Source: an uncultured Methanosarcinales archaeon
GTDB taxonomy: Archaea; Nanobdellota; Nanobdellia; Woesearchaeales; UBA12501
NCBI GenBank assembly: GCA_964397315.1
Contig: CAYNHV010000001.1
Coordinates: 81,865 to 145,864 of the forward strand
Direction: 5' to 3'
Length of the DNA: 64,000 nt
Part shown: piece by piece, positions 9,415-19,764 of the stretch
How positions within the stretch are numbered: position 1 is the first letter of the stretch
Layout: the number at the start of each line of letters is the position of its first letter
Position numbers and translations under genes: made by a program
Notes under the pieces: model-generated
The model's database searches: none
The model's input: only the letters and a program-made list of their open reading frames with translations
Told to the model about the DNA's origin: nothing

Positions 9415-12105
9415 CTAAAAGCCCTGGCCGCCGTGCTGGCCGCCCTTCATTCCCTGCTCAATTACTTTTACTGTAGCCCCTTCTGCAGGCCCGAGTGCCT
9501 CATAAGCGCCTGCTGTTGCCGCGCTGCCGACTACAGCTCCTGCAGCAGCAGCTGTGCTGTTCCTCATCGGATCAACTTCAACTCTCTGGTCATGCCTGTC
9601 AACAACCTTTGGTGAGCCGTCTGTTTCGTGCCAAACATTAGTATGAAGGTTATAATTGTTCTCTCCCTCGCTGACCTCAACTCCTCCAAGCATACTATGT
9701 CCCTTGCCAAGGGGCCTGTAGCCTCCCTCAATCTTATGATCTACATGTTTGAACCTTACCTCATCAGGATGGCCTGACTCATTGCCGCAGATGCCGTTGT
9801 TTCCGTTGAGCACCACAGGCTCTCCATGTGTGCCGTCCTGGTGCTCTGCAATCTTGTACCTATACCACTCATTCTCCTTAGGGGTGAATATGTTCCTTGC
9901 CTTGGTGCCCAGTGTTTTCTTTCCGTAAACTTCCTCGCCATCTGAATGCTCAACAATTGTCTGAGTGTCATATCCGTTAGCTGCTGCCTCCTCAGAAGGG
10001 CCCACTCCGACCATGTCTCCTGAGTGCAGGACCATAGTCTTCCCTTCAAGGCTGTCTGCAGGATGCCTGCCTTCCAGACCTTCCCAGCCCCTGTCTGTGG
10101 TGTATGTTATGTCACTTTTAGGCAATGGCTCAGAAGGCCCGCTCACTATTGGCTCTGGCTCAGGCTTTGGGGGGAGGCGAACCACCTCTGTTGGCTGCCT
10201 GTGGTCCCAGCTTCCTTTCCTGTCAAATATGTGCACAGTATCATCATTATAACAGTCTGTCTCTCCAAGTTCAGGGTATGTTCCTTGTCTGTCAATCAGC
10301 GAGGCTTCTGCAACAAGGTTTCCACTGCTTATTCCGTTTATTATATCCCTTTCAGACATTTTCAGCCCTTCTCTCAGGGTCATCTCGTCAGCAAGACCGT
10401 TCTCTCCGACATCAGCTATTGCTATGGGGGTGCCGTCGCCGTGTCTGAAAATCCTCACCACAGCATCGCTCCCTTCAGGCAGGTAGCCTATGCTCTCATC
10501 CTGCGAGAGTCTCTTAAGCACTTCTGCTGTTTTGGCATCAGTGTTGTCAAGGCTGAAATGCAGATAATCATCTATTCCGTCATTGTCTATGTCTATAAGG
10601 TTAAGGTTTCCAACATTATGGAAGGTTCTCTGATGATTGCCGAAATTATTCTGGTAAGCCTTGTGATAATCATCAAGAAATGCCTGCGTGTCAGCAATGC
10701 TAACTCCTTTTGCATCATCTGAGAGCCTGAAGTCACCAAGATGATTATATCTTGCCCTTAAATGTTCTGCATCACTTCTTCCTTCAAGAAATTTGTTTAT
10801 TTCTTTCTCGGTTACGATCCCGTTATTGTCAATGTCAGCATCTGCCATAAGCCCCCATAATGGCTCGTTTGGACTCAGGTCAGCCATGTTATGGAACGAT
10901 CCCATGTATGCTTTCGCATCAGCAACGCTCAGTCCCTGCTCACTGTCAAAATCAGAGAAATCACCTATAGAGCTGTACCTCGTTTCTGCAAGCCTCCTCG
11001 CAGGGCTGTTCTTCAGGAAATCGTCCGCTTCATGATTTGTTATTATCCCATCATTATTCTTGTCAGCTTCTGCAAGCAACGCCCACAGGGGATCAGAATT
11101 CTTCCCTGTCATCTCTCTAAAAAGAGTGTCACCTTCCGGAGTTTCTCCATAATCGGTATCTCCTGGAGAGCCATCTCCGGTTCCATCTCCTGTTTCTGAT
11201 GCACTTGCATCATAGTCGCATCCTGCCATGCCAAAACCAACTGCCCCGATTGTGCTCAGCATCAGGGCGGGCTTAAGAATTGTTGATACTTTTCCAAGTG
11301 TGGTGCTTGTGTCTCCTCTTGATTTTTTTGCAGCATACTGGTTTGCGATCATCCCCGTGCCTCTTGCTCCGCTTAGAACATCTCCAGTTAGCAATCCTAC
11401 AGCAAGCATTCCTCCTGCAAGGGTATATCCAAAAACATCCGAGATTGCATCCGAGCCTGTTGCTTCTGAAATCCCCTGGACTGCAGTTCCTCCTGCGTAA
11501 AGGCCTGCTATCATAGCGCCTCCTGTTGCAAGAAGCGAGCCGCTGAAGAATGCTGATGTCTCGCCGCTGACTGTTGCATAATTCCTCCTAAATGTGTCCC
11601 CTTTGTCAACCCCCTGGTAGATCTCCAGGCGGCCAAGAACATTATCCAGCCCTGTGACATCCAGCGTATTGTTAAGGCCCCTCTGGAACTTGCCAAGAAG
11701 CCCTGGAACATGGTCTATCTCATGGGCGCTCTTTATTGGCCCGTCTATAGTATAATTTTCCTCAACAATATTCCTCAATGCCTTTCTTGTTCTCCTGTTG
11801 TTAACACCTGCAGAAAATTCAGCCTCCCACAGGTCTGCTCCGCTGATATGTCCGCATTCTGCCTTTGAGTTTACGGCCTCAAGGGCATTTCTTACAGCTG
11901 CATCATTTCTTTTAAGGCTGGAATATATAGGAATGTGGTTCTTGACTCCTCTTGCCAGCTTTCTGGAAAGTTGCCTGCTGCCTGCAGCCTCTCTGGATGT
12001 ATTCTCAGAAGGATGATTATTTGAGGGCAGTATTATCTCGTCAATGGTTATTGTGTCTGCGAGCACCATTTTTTCACCTTTAGGCCTCCAATATTGATTT
12101 ACCAT
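9415..12105 (-). CDS. Large hypothetical membrane protein with Gly/Ala-rich hydrophobic segments and EF-hand-like loops
   Basis: 896-aa ORF; hydrophobic Gly-rich helices at about aa 185-295; ADKNNDGIITNHE and ADIDNNGIVTEKE loops. Confidence 0.7.
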   Translation of the reverse strand: MVNQYWRPKGEKMVLADTITIDEIILPSNNHPSENTSREAAGSRQLSRKLARGVKNHIPIYSSLKRNDAAVRNALEAVNSKAECGHISGADLWEAEFSAGVNNRRTRKALRNIVEENYTIDGPIKSAHEIDHVPGLLGKFQRGLNNTLDVTGLDNVLGRLEIYQGVDKGDTFRRNYATVSGETSAFFSGSLLATGGAMIAGLYAGGTAVQGISEATGSDAISDVFGYTLAGGMLAVGLLTGDVLSGARGTGMIANQYAAKKSRGDTSTTLGKVSTILKPALMLSTIGAVGFGMAGCDYDASASETGDGTGDGSPGDTDYGETPEGDTLFREMTGKNSDPLWALLAEADKNNDGIITNHEADDFLKNSPARRLAETRYSSIGDFSDFDSEQGLSVADAKAYMGSFHNMADLSPNEPLWGLMADADIDNNGIVTEKEINKFLEGRSDAEHLRARYNHLGDFRLSDDAKGVSIADTQAFLDDYHKAYQNNFGNHQRTFHNVGNLNLIDIDNDGIDDYLHFSLDNTDAKTAEVLKRLSQDESIGYLPEGSDAVVRIFRHGDGTPIAIADVGENGLADEMTLREGLKMSERDIINGISSGNLVAEASLIDRQGTYPELGETDCYNDDTVHIFDRKGSWDHRQPTEVVRLPPKPEPEPIVSGPSEPLPKSDITYTTDRGWEGLEGRHPADSLEGKTMVLHSGDMVGVGPSEEAAANGYDTQTIVEHSDGEEVYGKKTLGTKARNIFTPKENEWYRYKIAEHQDGTHGEPVVLNGNNGICGNESGHPDEVRFKHVDHKIEGGYRPLGKGHSMLGGVEVSEGENNYNLHTNVWHETDGSPKVVDRHDQRVEVDPMRNSTAAAAGAVVGSAATAGAYEALGPAEGATVKVIEQGMKGGQHGGQGF

Positions 12106-12234
12106 GGGTAAGTAATAACTAATATTTAAATCTTTTGATTTTTGCTACTATAAAGTGAGTAAGAGATATACAGCTGTATTGCACAATATTTATAAAGACT
12201 CTGTTTTTTCACAAACTGAATCCAGGGGGTTTTT

Positions 12235-15072
12235 ATGGCCGGAAAAAAAGAAGATGAGCTTGCTATTGACTTCAGCAGGATAACCAGCTTCTTCAAGAAA
12301 AAGCCTGCAAAAGGAGCAGAAAGCCCTCCTGAGGGAAAGGAAGACCTTTCTATAGACCTGGAAAGCGCAAAGAAATTCTTAAAAAGGCATCATGTCCTCC
12401 TGCTGATACTCATACCCCTCACATTAAGCATCTTCTTCAGGGCCCAGACTTTCTACCTGCCCCAGACAGACGCGTGGGCAGAGGATTCTGTACAGAGCTA
12501 CTACAAGTCACAGCTCGCAGGCCAGATAAACAGGCAGTACCCTAACCTGCCTGCCTCAAACAAGGAGCAGATACTCCAGCAGGAGCTGAGCAACTACATA
12601 CAGTCCCACAGGAGCGAATACGAGAATCAGGTGGAGCAGACCTCAAACCATTTCAGGTCAAAAATGCAGGATTCCACAGGCCAGACATACCTCCTCGCCA
12701 TAGACCCATACCAGTGGTACAGGTATGGAGGGGACATAATTGAGCACGGCCACATGGGTGACAAGCTCGTCAATGGCACGCCCCATGACATGCACATGCT
12801 CGCCCCAGAGGGAAAGCCGGTAAGCAGGGAGCTGCACCCATACCTTGGAGCATACCTGTACAAGATAATCAACCCAATAACAGGAACAAACCTCATGGGG
12901 GCGTTCTTCCTCCTGCCTGTCCTGCTCATGTCTCTCGCTGTAATACCTGCTTTCTTTGTGGGCAGAAAGCTCGGCGGAAACATAGCCGGATTTTTCGCGT
13001 CACTTGTGGTTGCTGTGCATCCTGCTGTCCTCACCAGAACAATGGGCGGCTTCTCTGACACAGACGCATACACCGTGTTGTTTCCCCTCGCAATCTTCTG
13101 GCTGTTCATAGAGGCAGCAGAAGCAGGGGATTACAGGAAAAAAGCAGCATACGCCGGGCTCGCCGGACTGTGCACAGGCATATTTGCATTTGCATGGTAC
13201 GGCTGGTGGTACATATTTGACTTTGTCATAGGAGCAGCAGGCATTTACATTGCTTACCTCATAATATCAGAATACCTTGTAAAGAAAAAGAGGCTTCTCA
13301 ATGACCTTAAGAGCGACAGGAGAATAAGAAGCATGCTCGCCATACTCCTGGTATTCTTCATCTCCTCAGCGCTCTTTGTAATGCTCTTCACAAACGCCAA
13401 TAATTTTGCAGGAGCTGCCATAGAAAAGCCCCTGAGCGTGATACGGCTCAAGGAAGCTGCCAAGGCAACATTATGGCCCAATGTTTACACAACTGTCGCA
13501 GAGATGAACCAGGCCACCTTCTCCAACATAATGGACACAATGGGAGGCAAGCTGCTCTTCATTATAGGCATTGCAGGGGTGTTCCTCGTGCTCATGAACA
13601 TAACAGGCTCTGAAAACAGGGACAGGAAAACAGCCTATTTTGTGCTCCTTGCCCTCTGGTTCTTTGGAGCGTTATATGCGAGCACAAAAGGCATAAGGTT
13701 CACTATTATACTCACCCCTGCATACGCGCTGGGATTCGGAGTTGTAGCAGCAGCTGTGTATTACCGTCTAAGCAGGATAGTCTCCAAAGGGATGAACCTG
13801 AACATAAACATAGTAAAGGCCATATTCATAATAGCGCCCCTCCTGATCCTCATACCAACCTTAAGCTCTGCAGCCAACACAGCAGGCAATGAGGTGCCGA
13901 GCATGAATGACGCATGGCACACATCTCTCACAAACATAAAAGGCAATTCAAGCGAGGACGCTATAATAAACTCCTGGTGGGACTTCGGCCACTGGTTCAA
14001 GGCAATCGCTGACAGGCCTGTCACGTTTGACGGGGCCTCCCAGAACAAGCCGCAGGCGCACTGGATAGGAAGGACCCTCCTGACATCAGATGAGGATGAG
14101 GCTGTGGGCATACTCAGAATGCTGGACTGCGGAGCCAACAGCGCTTTTGAGCTGCTCTACAACAAGACAGGAAAGGCAAAGATGTCAGTTGATATCATCT
14201 ATGAGATAATAAAGATGGACAGGGGAGAAGCAAAAAAAGTTCTTGCAGATTATGTCACAGAAGAAGAGGCTGAGAAGATACTGAAAAACACGCACTGCCA
14301 GCCTCCTGAGAATTTCTTCATAACAAGCGAGGACATGGTGGGCAAGGCAGGAGTGTGGGCTCACTTCGGCTCATGGGACTTTGACAAGGCAAAGATATGG
14401 AGGGACTACAGGAAGAAAAAGATGGATGCTGCTGTCAGCGGAATGATGGAGGAATTCAATTACTCAAGAGAGAAGGCAGAAAAGACCTACTATGACATAC
14501 AGGCGCTCTCCAATGAGCAGGACGCAAACACGTGGATAAGCCCGTGGCCGGGATACATCTCAAACACCCAGTGCTCAAAAGAGTCCAACACCACAATCAT
14601 GTGCACATTTAATGTTCAGAAGCAGCAGCTTCCTGTAAAAGTCAATGTATCCTCAGAAGACGCTTACATAGAGACGGGCAAGGGCAGGGTAAGGCCGAAA
14701 TCATTATCATACATAAACAGCAGGGGGGGATTCACTGTGAAGGAGTTCAAAAACAGCACACTCCCTTACTCCATGGCGCTCTCAGTCAGGCCCAACAGGA
14801 TAACAGGAGTTCTCATGTTCCCGGAGCTGAGCGCAAGCATGTTTACGAGGCTGTTCTACTTTGATGGGGCAGGCCTTGAACACTTTGACTTCTTTGATTA
14901 CCAGAAAAGCTTCACAGGCCAGGAGATATTCACATGGAAGGTTGACTGGGACGGGAAATCTGACTCTGCAGCTGAGGCAGGTTATGATGATCAGGAAGAG
15001 GATCTTGGGGAGGAAGTGGTGACAAACCCGCCTGCGAGAGAGATTCTGGATAGTGAAGGGATGCTTGAATAG
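12235..15072 (+). CDS. aglB: Oligosaccharyltransferase AglB (STT3 family)
   Basis: IDPY, GGFSDTD, TVAE, multiple TMs, SWWDFGHW, DMVGK. Confidence 0.95.
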   Translation: MAGKKEDELAIDFSRITSFFKKKPAKGAESPPEGKEDLSIDLESAKKFLKRHHVLLLILIPLTLSIFFRAQTFYLPQTDAWAEDSVQSYYKSQLAGQINRQYPNLPASNKEQILQQELSNYIQSHRSEYENQVEQTSNHFRSKMQDSTGQTYLLAIDPYQWYRYGGDIIEHGHMGDKLVNGTPHDMHMLAPEGKPVSRELHPYLGAYLYKIINPITGTNLMGAFFLLPVLLMSLAVIPAFFVGRKLGGNIAGFFASLVVAVHPAVLTRTMGGFSDTDAYTVLFPLAIFWLFIEAAEAGDYRKKAAYAGLAGLCTGIFAFAWYGWWYIFDFVIGAAGIYIAYLIISEYLVKKKRLLNDLKSDRRIRSMLAILLVFFISSALFVMLFTNANNFAGAAIEKPLSVIRLKEAAKATLWPNVYTTVAEMNQATFSNIMDTMGGKLLFIIGIAGVFLVLMNITGSENRDRKTAYFVLLALWFFGALYASTKGIRFTIILTPAYALGFGVVAAAVYYRLSRIVSKGMNLNINIVKAIFIIAPLLILIPTLSSAANTAGNEVPSMNDAWHTSLTNIKGNSSEDAIINSWWDFGHWFKAIADRPVTFDGASQNKPQAHWIGRTLLTSDEDEAVGILRMLDCGANSAFELLYNKTGKAKMSVDIIYEIIKMDRGEAKKVLADYVTEEEAEKILKNTHCQPPENFFITSEDMVGKAGVWAHFGSWDFDKAKIWRDYRKKKMDAAVSGMMEEFNYSREKAEKTYYDIQALSNEQDANTWISPWPGYISNTQCSKESNTTIMCTFNVQKQQLPVKVNVSSEDAYIETGKGRVRPKSLSYINSRGGFTVKEFKNSTLPYSMALSVRPNRITGVLMFPELSASMFTRLFYFDGAGLEHFDFFDYQKSFTGQEIFTWKVDWDGKSDSAAEAGYDDQEEDLGEEVVTNPPAREILDSEGMLE

Positions 15073-15090
15073 GCCATGTTCTAATGCATC

Positions 15091-15690
15091 TCATGATTTC
15101 TGGATATGTTTTTGTTGATTCCTTGTGGTACTCTCCGCCCTCTGGAAAAGATGTGGTTTTGTTAGTTTTTCATGGGGCTTCCCAGAGGGGTAACAGATTT
15201 ATGATTATAACTCCTGGTGCTTCCTTGGGAATATTGAGTTTATGATTGTTATTCCTGATGCTTCCCGCTAACCTGGTGAGATCATACTTAAGTTGGTACG
15301 TCCTGGTACCTCCCACCCTTACTGCACAACCAGACAGCAGGTTCTCTGATTCTGAAAAAGCACAGCTCCCAGCTCCTGCCTCTAATAAGCCCTCCCATTA
15401 ATTTGCTTAAATTGCGCTCTGTGGAGTTGGTGCGATTAGCATGTGTGAGGGGGAGGGGGGGTGGGATTTGTCCATCTGTAACTGTGATGAGGGCGGTGGA
15501 GAACTCTGGATTAACCAAAACACTTAGAGGAGATTTTTTAAGTATAGTGCCTCTTTTAAATTGCGCTTTTTGTGGGATTGAGCGCAGCGAAATCCCGCCT
15601 ACGCGTGAACAGAGTAATGCCGTTCTGGTGGAGAAATTAGGAGGATTCATATACTTATACAACATCCAGGAGGAATTAATATTAGATTAT
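15091..15690 (+). repeat. Dispersed intergenic element, copy B
   Basis: Left units at 15124, 15170, 15212, 15253 and 15301; core and right end CAGGAGGAATTAATA shared with copy A. Confidence 0.92.
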
Positions 15691-15825
15691 AATGCTCTGG
15701 AAGGCTTAAAAGTTTTGCATAACCCATGGAATGTTATTGGCCAGGATTCACAACCTAATGAAGAAACATTTAAAGCTCCAAAACCTTTTTAAATACAGTA
15801 TTAATCTCATCCCCTGGTTGTTGCA

Positions 15826-16725
15826 ATGGATCTCAGCATAGTCATACCGGTCTATAATGAAGAGAAGAATGTTCTGCTGCTGTACAGGGAGCTGAAAGAC
15901 GTGCTTGAGGGGATGGGGAAAAAGTACGAGATAATATTTGTGGATGATGGCAGCATAGACAGCACAAGCAAGGCAGTAACAAAAATCTCAGGAAAGGACA
16001 GCAGGGTAAAGGCGGTCTCATTCAGGAGGAACAGGGGAAAGTCTGCCGCTCTCATGGAAGGATTCAGGAAAAGTAAAGGGAATATAATATTCACCCTTGA
16101 CGGAGACCTGCAGGACAACCCAAGGGAGATACCGAAGTTCCTTGACAAGATAAAAAAAGGGTATGACATTGTCAACGGCTGGAAATTCAGGAGACATGAC
16201 CCTCTCACAAAGACCCTTCCTTCAAGATTCTTCAACTTCCTGACAAGGCTCTTAACAGGAGTCAGGGTGCATGACTCAAACTGCGGGTTCAAGGCCTACA
16301 GGAGAGAGGCAGCGGAAAGCCTCAGGATTTACGGAGAGCTGCACAGGTACATACCCTCCCTCGCCAACTGGATGGGCTTCAGGGTTGGAGAGGTAAAGGT
16401 GAGGCACAGGCCCAGGAAGCACGGCAAAAGCAAGTACGGGGTGACAAGGCTTATGAAAGGATTTCTTGATCTTATAACAATAAAGTTCCTTAACAAGTTT
16501 TCTGAGAGGCCGCTTCATTTCTTCGGCCCGATGGGTATACTTCTGGCCCTGGCAGGGTTCATAGCAGGAGTTTATCTTGTGGTGATGTGGTGCATGGGCC
16601 ATGGCATAGGGGACAGGCCGCTTCTTATACTATCAGTCCTTCTTATGATAGTGGGGATACAGACGTTCTCAATAGGGCTTATAGGGGAGATGATAATAAG
16701 CAGCAAGGAGAAGAGGAAAAACTGA
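15826..16725 (+). CDS. Glycosyltransferase family 2 (polyprenol-phosphate GT, ArnC/DPM-like)
   Basis: SIVIPVYNEE, VDDGS, NRGKSAAL, LDGDLQ, HDSNCGFKAY, two C-terminal TMs. Confidence 0.93.
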   Translation: MDLSIVIPVYNEEKNVLLLYRELKDVLEGMGKKYEIIFVDDGSIDSTSKAVTKISGKDSRVKAVSFRRNRGKSAALMEGFRKSKGNIIFTLDGDLQDNPREIPKFLDKIKKGYDIVNGWKFRRHDPLTKTLPSRFFNFLTRLLTGVRVHDSNCGFKAYRREAAESLRIYGELHRYIPSLANWMGFRVGEVKVRHRPRKHGKSKYGVTRLMKGFLDLITIKFLNKFSERPLHFFGPMGILLALAGFIAGVYLVVMWCMGHGIGDRPLLILSVLLMIVGIQTFSIGLIGEMIISSKEKRKN

Positions 16726-16757
16726 GGGCTTTATAACAGCGGAGACGAGAATAAAAA

Positions 16758-17759
16758 ATGAAGGTGTGCTTCATATGCAGGACCTACCCCCCTGTAGTGG
16801 GGGGTATGGAGGACTATGCTTCAAGCCTTGTCAAGCACTTGAGAAGAAAGCAGCCTGACACAGGAGTCATCGTAAACACAAAAGGCAAGAAGAACATTCC
16901 CTTCTTCTTCATGAGAGCGTTATTCAGGCTCTTCTCCTGCAGCCCGGATGTCTACCACCTTGGTGACGGAGTTACGGCCCTGATGGCTCCGCTCATCAGG
17001 ATTCTCAAGAGAAAACCTGTGGTGACAACGATACACGGGCTGGACATAACATACAACAGCTTCCTCTACCAGAAGCTGGTTGTGCCATGCATAAGAAAAT
17101 CTGACAGGATAATTGCTGTAAGCGCATACACAAGAAAAGCCTGCATGAGCAAGGGAATACCAAAAGAGAGGATAACCATAGTGCACAATGCCCTTGACCG
17201 GGAAAAACACAGGAAACCAAGGAGAATGAGAAAGGACAGGAGCATGATGATAAGCGTTGGAAGGCAGATAAGGAGAAAGGGCATTGCAGAGTTCATAAAA
17301 GGAAAGCTGAACAGTCTAATGAAAGACAATCCTTCCCTAGGGTATTATATAATAGGAGACGGCCCTGAGTCAGCGAGAATAAAGAAGGCAATATCACGCT
17401 CGGAATACAGGGACAGAATATTCCAACTGGGAAGGCTCAGTGACAGGAAAGTGCAGGAATACTACCAGAAGGCAGCTTATTTTGCAATGCCCAACATGAG
17501 GGTAAAGGGAGATGTGGAGGGCTTCGGCATTGTGATACTTGAAGCCATACACTACAGCCTGGTCATACTGGCAAACCCTATTGAGGGAATAAAAGACGCC
17601 CTCAATTACACAAGAAACTGGATTGACCTGAACAGAAAAAGCATAATCCTCAGGAATCACCCTTACAGGAGAGAAAAGACAAGCATCGGGTGGGAAGACA
17701 GGATAAAGGAATATATAAGAGTGTACAAGAGCATGGCAGAAGATAGAGGAGGAAAGTGA
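16758..17759 (+). CDS. Glycosyltransferase family 4
   Basis: YPPVVGGM, TTIHGLD, VGRQIRRKG, IIGDGP, EGFGIVILEA. Confidence 0.92.
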   Translation: MKVCFICRTYPPVVGGMEDYASSLVKHLRRKQPDTGVIVNTKGKKNIPFFFMRALFRLFSCSPDVYHLGDGVTALMAPLIRILKRKPVVTTIHGLDITYNSFLYQKLVVPCIRKSDRIIAVSAYTRKACMSKGIPKERITIVHNALDREKHRKPRRMRKDRSMMISVGRQIRRKGIAEFIKGKLNSLMKDNPSLGYYIIGDGPESARIKKAISRSEYRDRIFQLGRLSDRKVQEYYQKAAYFAMPNMRVKGDVEGFGIVILEAIHYSLVILANPIEGIKDALNYTRNWIDLNRKSIILRNHPYRREKTSIGWEDRIKEYIRVYKSMAEDRGGK

Positions 17760-17772
17760 AACGAGGCAGATT

Positions 17773-18804
17773 ATGGCAGGAGTGAAAAAAACCCGCAGCA
17801 AAGGCGCCCTCAGCAAGAGCAGGGGGAGAAGAGGGAAGAGCATAAGATATGCAGCAGGAATTATCGTAACAGCCATAATAGTGTGGTTTTTAGGAGCTGC
17901 GCTGGCAAGGAACTGGCAGTCACTCATGGACAACATGAAGAGCTTCAGCTGGGGGTGCCTGGCAGCATCAGTGCTGCTGCTCGCACTGGCCCAGATATTC
18001 AATGCTCTGATATGGAAAGATATTCTTAAAAGGCTCAAAGCAAGGCTTGGAATGCAGCAGGCCCTGAAGATAAGGTCTGTCTCAGAGCTGGGAAGATACA
18101 CTCCCGGAAAGATATGGCATGTGCTGGGCAGGACATACTTTGCAAAAAGGATGGGAATACCTTCAAGAACAACCCTGGCAAGCATATTCATAGAGCTTCT
18201 CTTCACAATGCTCTCAGCAGCTCTTGTGTTTCTCATATTCAGCCCTGACGTGCTAAGGATAAGCAAGAGCCTTGTCTGGCCTGCTGCAATAATCGTAATC
18301 CTGGCTGTTCTCCTAATGAGGTTTGACATATTCACGGGAATAATGGACTGGGCTGTAAAGAAGCTAAAGAAGAGGAATTATCCTGCAACGCTCATAAACC
18401 TTCCGTTTGCCCAGAAGCTTAAGCTGCTGGCATTTTACAGCCTCAACTGGGGGTTTATGGGAGGGTCTTTCTTCTTTGTCATAAAGGCATTTTATGCAGG
18501 AACAGGATATGATGTCCTGCCCGCAGTCATAGGAGGATACTCAATAGCATGGGTTATAGGCTTTCTGACATTCCTCACTCCTGGCGGGCTTGGAGTCAGG
18601 GAAGGTCTCCTCACCCTTATCCTCTCCCACATGGGTATAGTGCCTGTCTCAATAGCTGTAGTGGCTCCTGTGATGATGAGGCTGGTCTCAATAGGAGTAA
18701 ATGCCCTTATGGCTGTGCTTACACTGGGGGTGGATGTTTCAGGCAGAGGCACCACTAAAAATAGAAGGGGTAAAAAAAGAAAGCATAAGAAATCTAAAAG
18801 ATAG
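17773..18804 (+). CDS. Lysylphosphatidylglycerol-synthase-TM / flippase-like membrane protein (UPF0104)
   Basis: LGRYTPGK and TPGGLGVREG motifs, multiple TMs. Confidence 0.88.
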   Translation: MAGVKKTRSKGALSKSRGRRGKSIRYAAGIIVTAIIVWFLGAALARNWQSLMDNMKSFSWGCLAASVLLLALAQIFNALIWKDILKRLKARLGMQQALKIRSVSELGRYTPGKIWHVLGRTYFAKRMGIPSRTTLASIFIELLFTMLSAALVFLIFSPDVLRISKSLVWPAAIIVILAVLLMRFDIFTGIMDWAVKKLKKRNYPATLINLPFAQKLKLLAFYSLNWGFMGGSFFFVIKAFYAGTGYDVLPAVIGGYSIAWVIGFLTFLTPGGLGVREGLLTLILSHMGIVPVSIAVVAPVMMRLVSIGVNALMAVLTLGVDVSGRGTTKNRRGKKRKHKKSKR

Positions 18805-18816
18805 TATCAGAATCAT

Positions 18817-19761
18817 TCATACCTTGTCATAACCCCATAGCTTCACAAGATTTTTTCCTATCAGCCTGCTCAGTTTCCTTACTTCAGGCTTGTACTTTCT
18901 CATCAGCTGCTTTCTTGTCTCATCAGGTATGCTTTTTCTGGGTGCTTTTCTTGTGAACAACTTCTTGAAAATGCCCTCAACAGCGCCGTATATCCTCAGG
19001 GGAATCAGGAAGTGCACAGCTCTCCAGACAGCGGGCTTCCTCAGGAAAGATTTCAAGAAAGCAAACCTTAACTCCTTATTGGGGTTGACATCTGAGAGTG
19101 AAGGCCTGAAAGTATCATCAACCCCCAGAAACCTGTAGATATCCCTGCAAACCCCGAGGTTGTCCCTCCTGAAATCATCAAAAACTATGATCTTGACCTG
19201 TTTTCTGGGAAACTCCCTGAGATACCTGCTTATGTTATCCGAATATTTAAGCCATTCTGAATAATAAAGGAGGGATGGAGTTCCCGCGCTTTCAGGCAGG
19301 CTTTTCCCTTTTCTTCTCTTGTTCTCCAAAGCAAGGGCTTTTTCCATGTCCTTTTCTGTCTCATGGAGGTTGAAAACCATCTCAGAATGAAATGACTGCA
19401 GAAACACCACAGGCTCCCTCACCAGAATCAGTATCTTTGCCGAAGGGTTGAACCTGCGTATGTTTGATGCTGCATCTTTTGAGATTATGTAATGGGGGGA
19501 TGCCTCTCCTATTATAGTGCTGTTCCCTGCATCTTCAAAGAGCCTGAGATAATCAGAAAGCTTTCTCACAGGGAAAAAAGATCCTTTTCCCCTGAAACTG
19601 TCGCTCTCTTTGTGAAGGTCAGTTGCAAAGAATCTGGGCTCCTTGTATTCGCTCATGAAAACCTGCGGGTGCTGCTTAAGATACTCATATACAGCTGTGG
19701 TCCCGCTCTTTGGAAGCCCCACTACAAAAAGATTGGGTTTTTTCATCTTGGTATCATACAC
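18817..19761 (-). CDS. Sulfotransferase
   Basis: PNLFVVGLPKSGTT (PAPS loop), QHPQVFMS, KEPRFF, GEASPHY, KILILVREP. Confidence 0.92.
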   Translation of the reverse strand: MYDTKMKKPNLFVVGLPKSGTTAVYEYLKQHPQVFMSEYKEPRFFATDLHKESDSFRGKGSFFPVRKLSDYLRLFEDAGNSTIIGEASPHYIISKDAASNIRRFNPSAKILILVREPVVFLQSFHSEMVFNLHETEKDMEKALALENKRRKGKSLPESAGTPSLLYYSEWLKYSDNISRYLREFPRKQVKIIVFDDFRRDNLGVCRDIYRFLGVDDTFRPSLSDVNPNKELRFAFLKSFLRKPAVWRAVHFLIPLRIYGAVEGIFKKLFTRKAPRKSIPDETRKQLMRKYKPEVRKLSRLIGKNLVKLWGYDKV

Positions 19762-19764
19762 TTA

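Noticed and set aside
15288-15792. ORFs overlapping the repeat element (also 46076-46355 and 57723-58184)
   Set aside because: Frames are not preserved between copies, indels are frequent and no protein motif is recognisable; treated as non-coding.
17394-18335. Long antisense ORFs (also 44488-45288, 23632-24363, 10024-10722)
   Set aside because: Shadow frames opposite well-supported genes.
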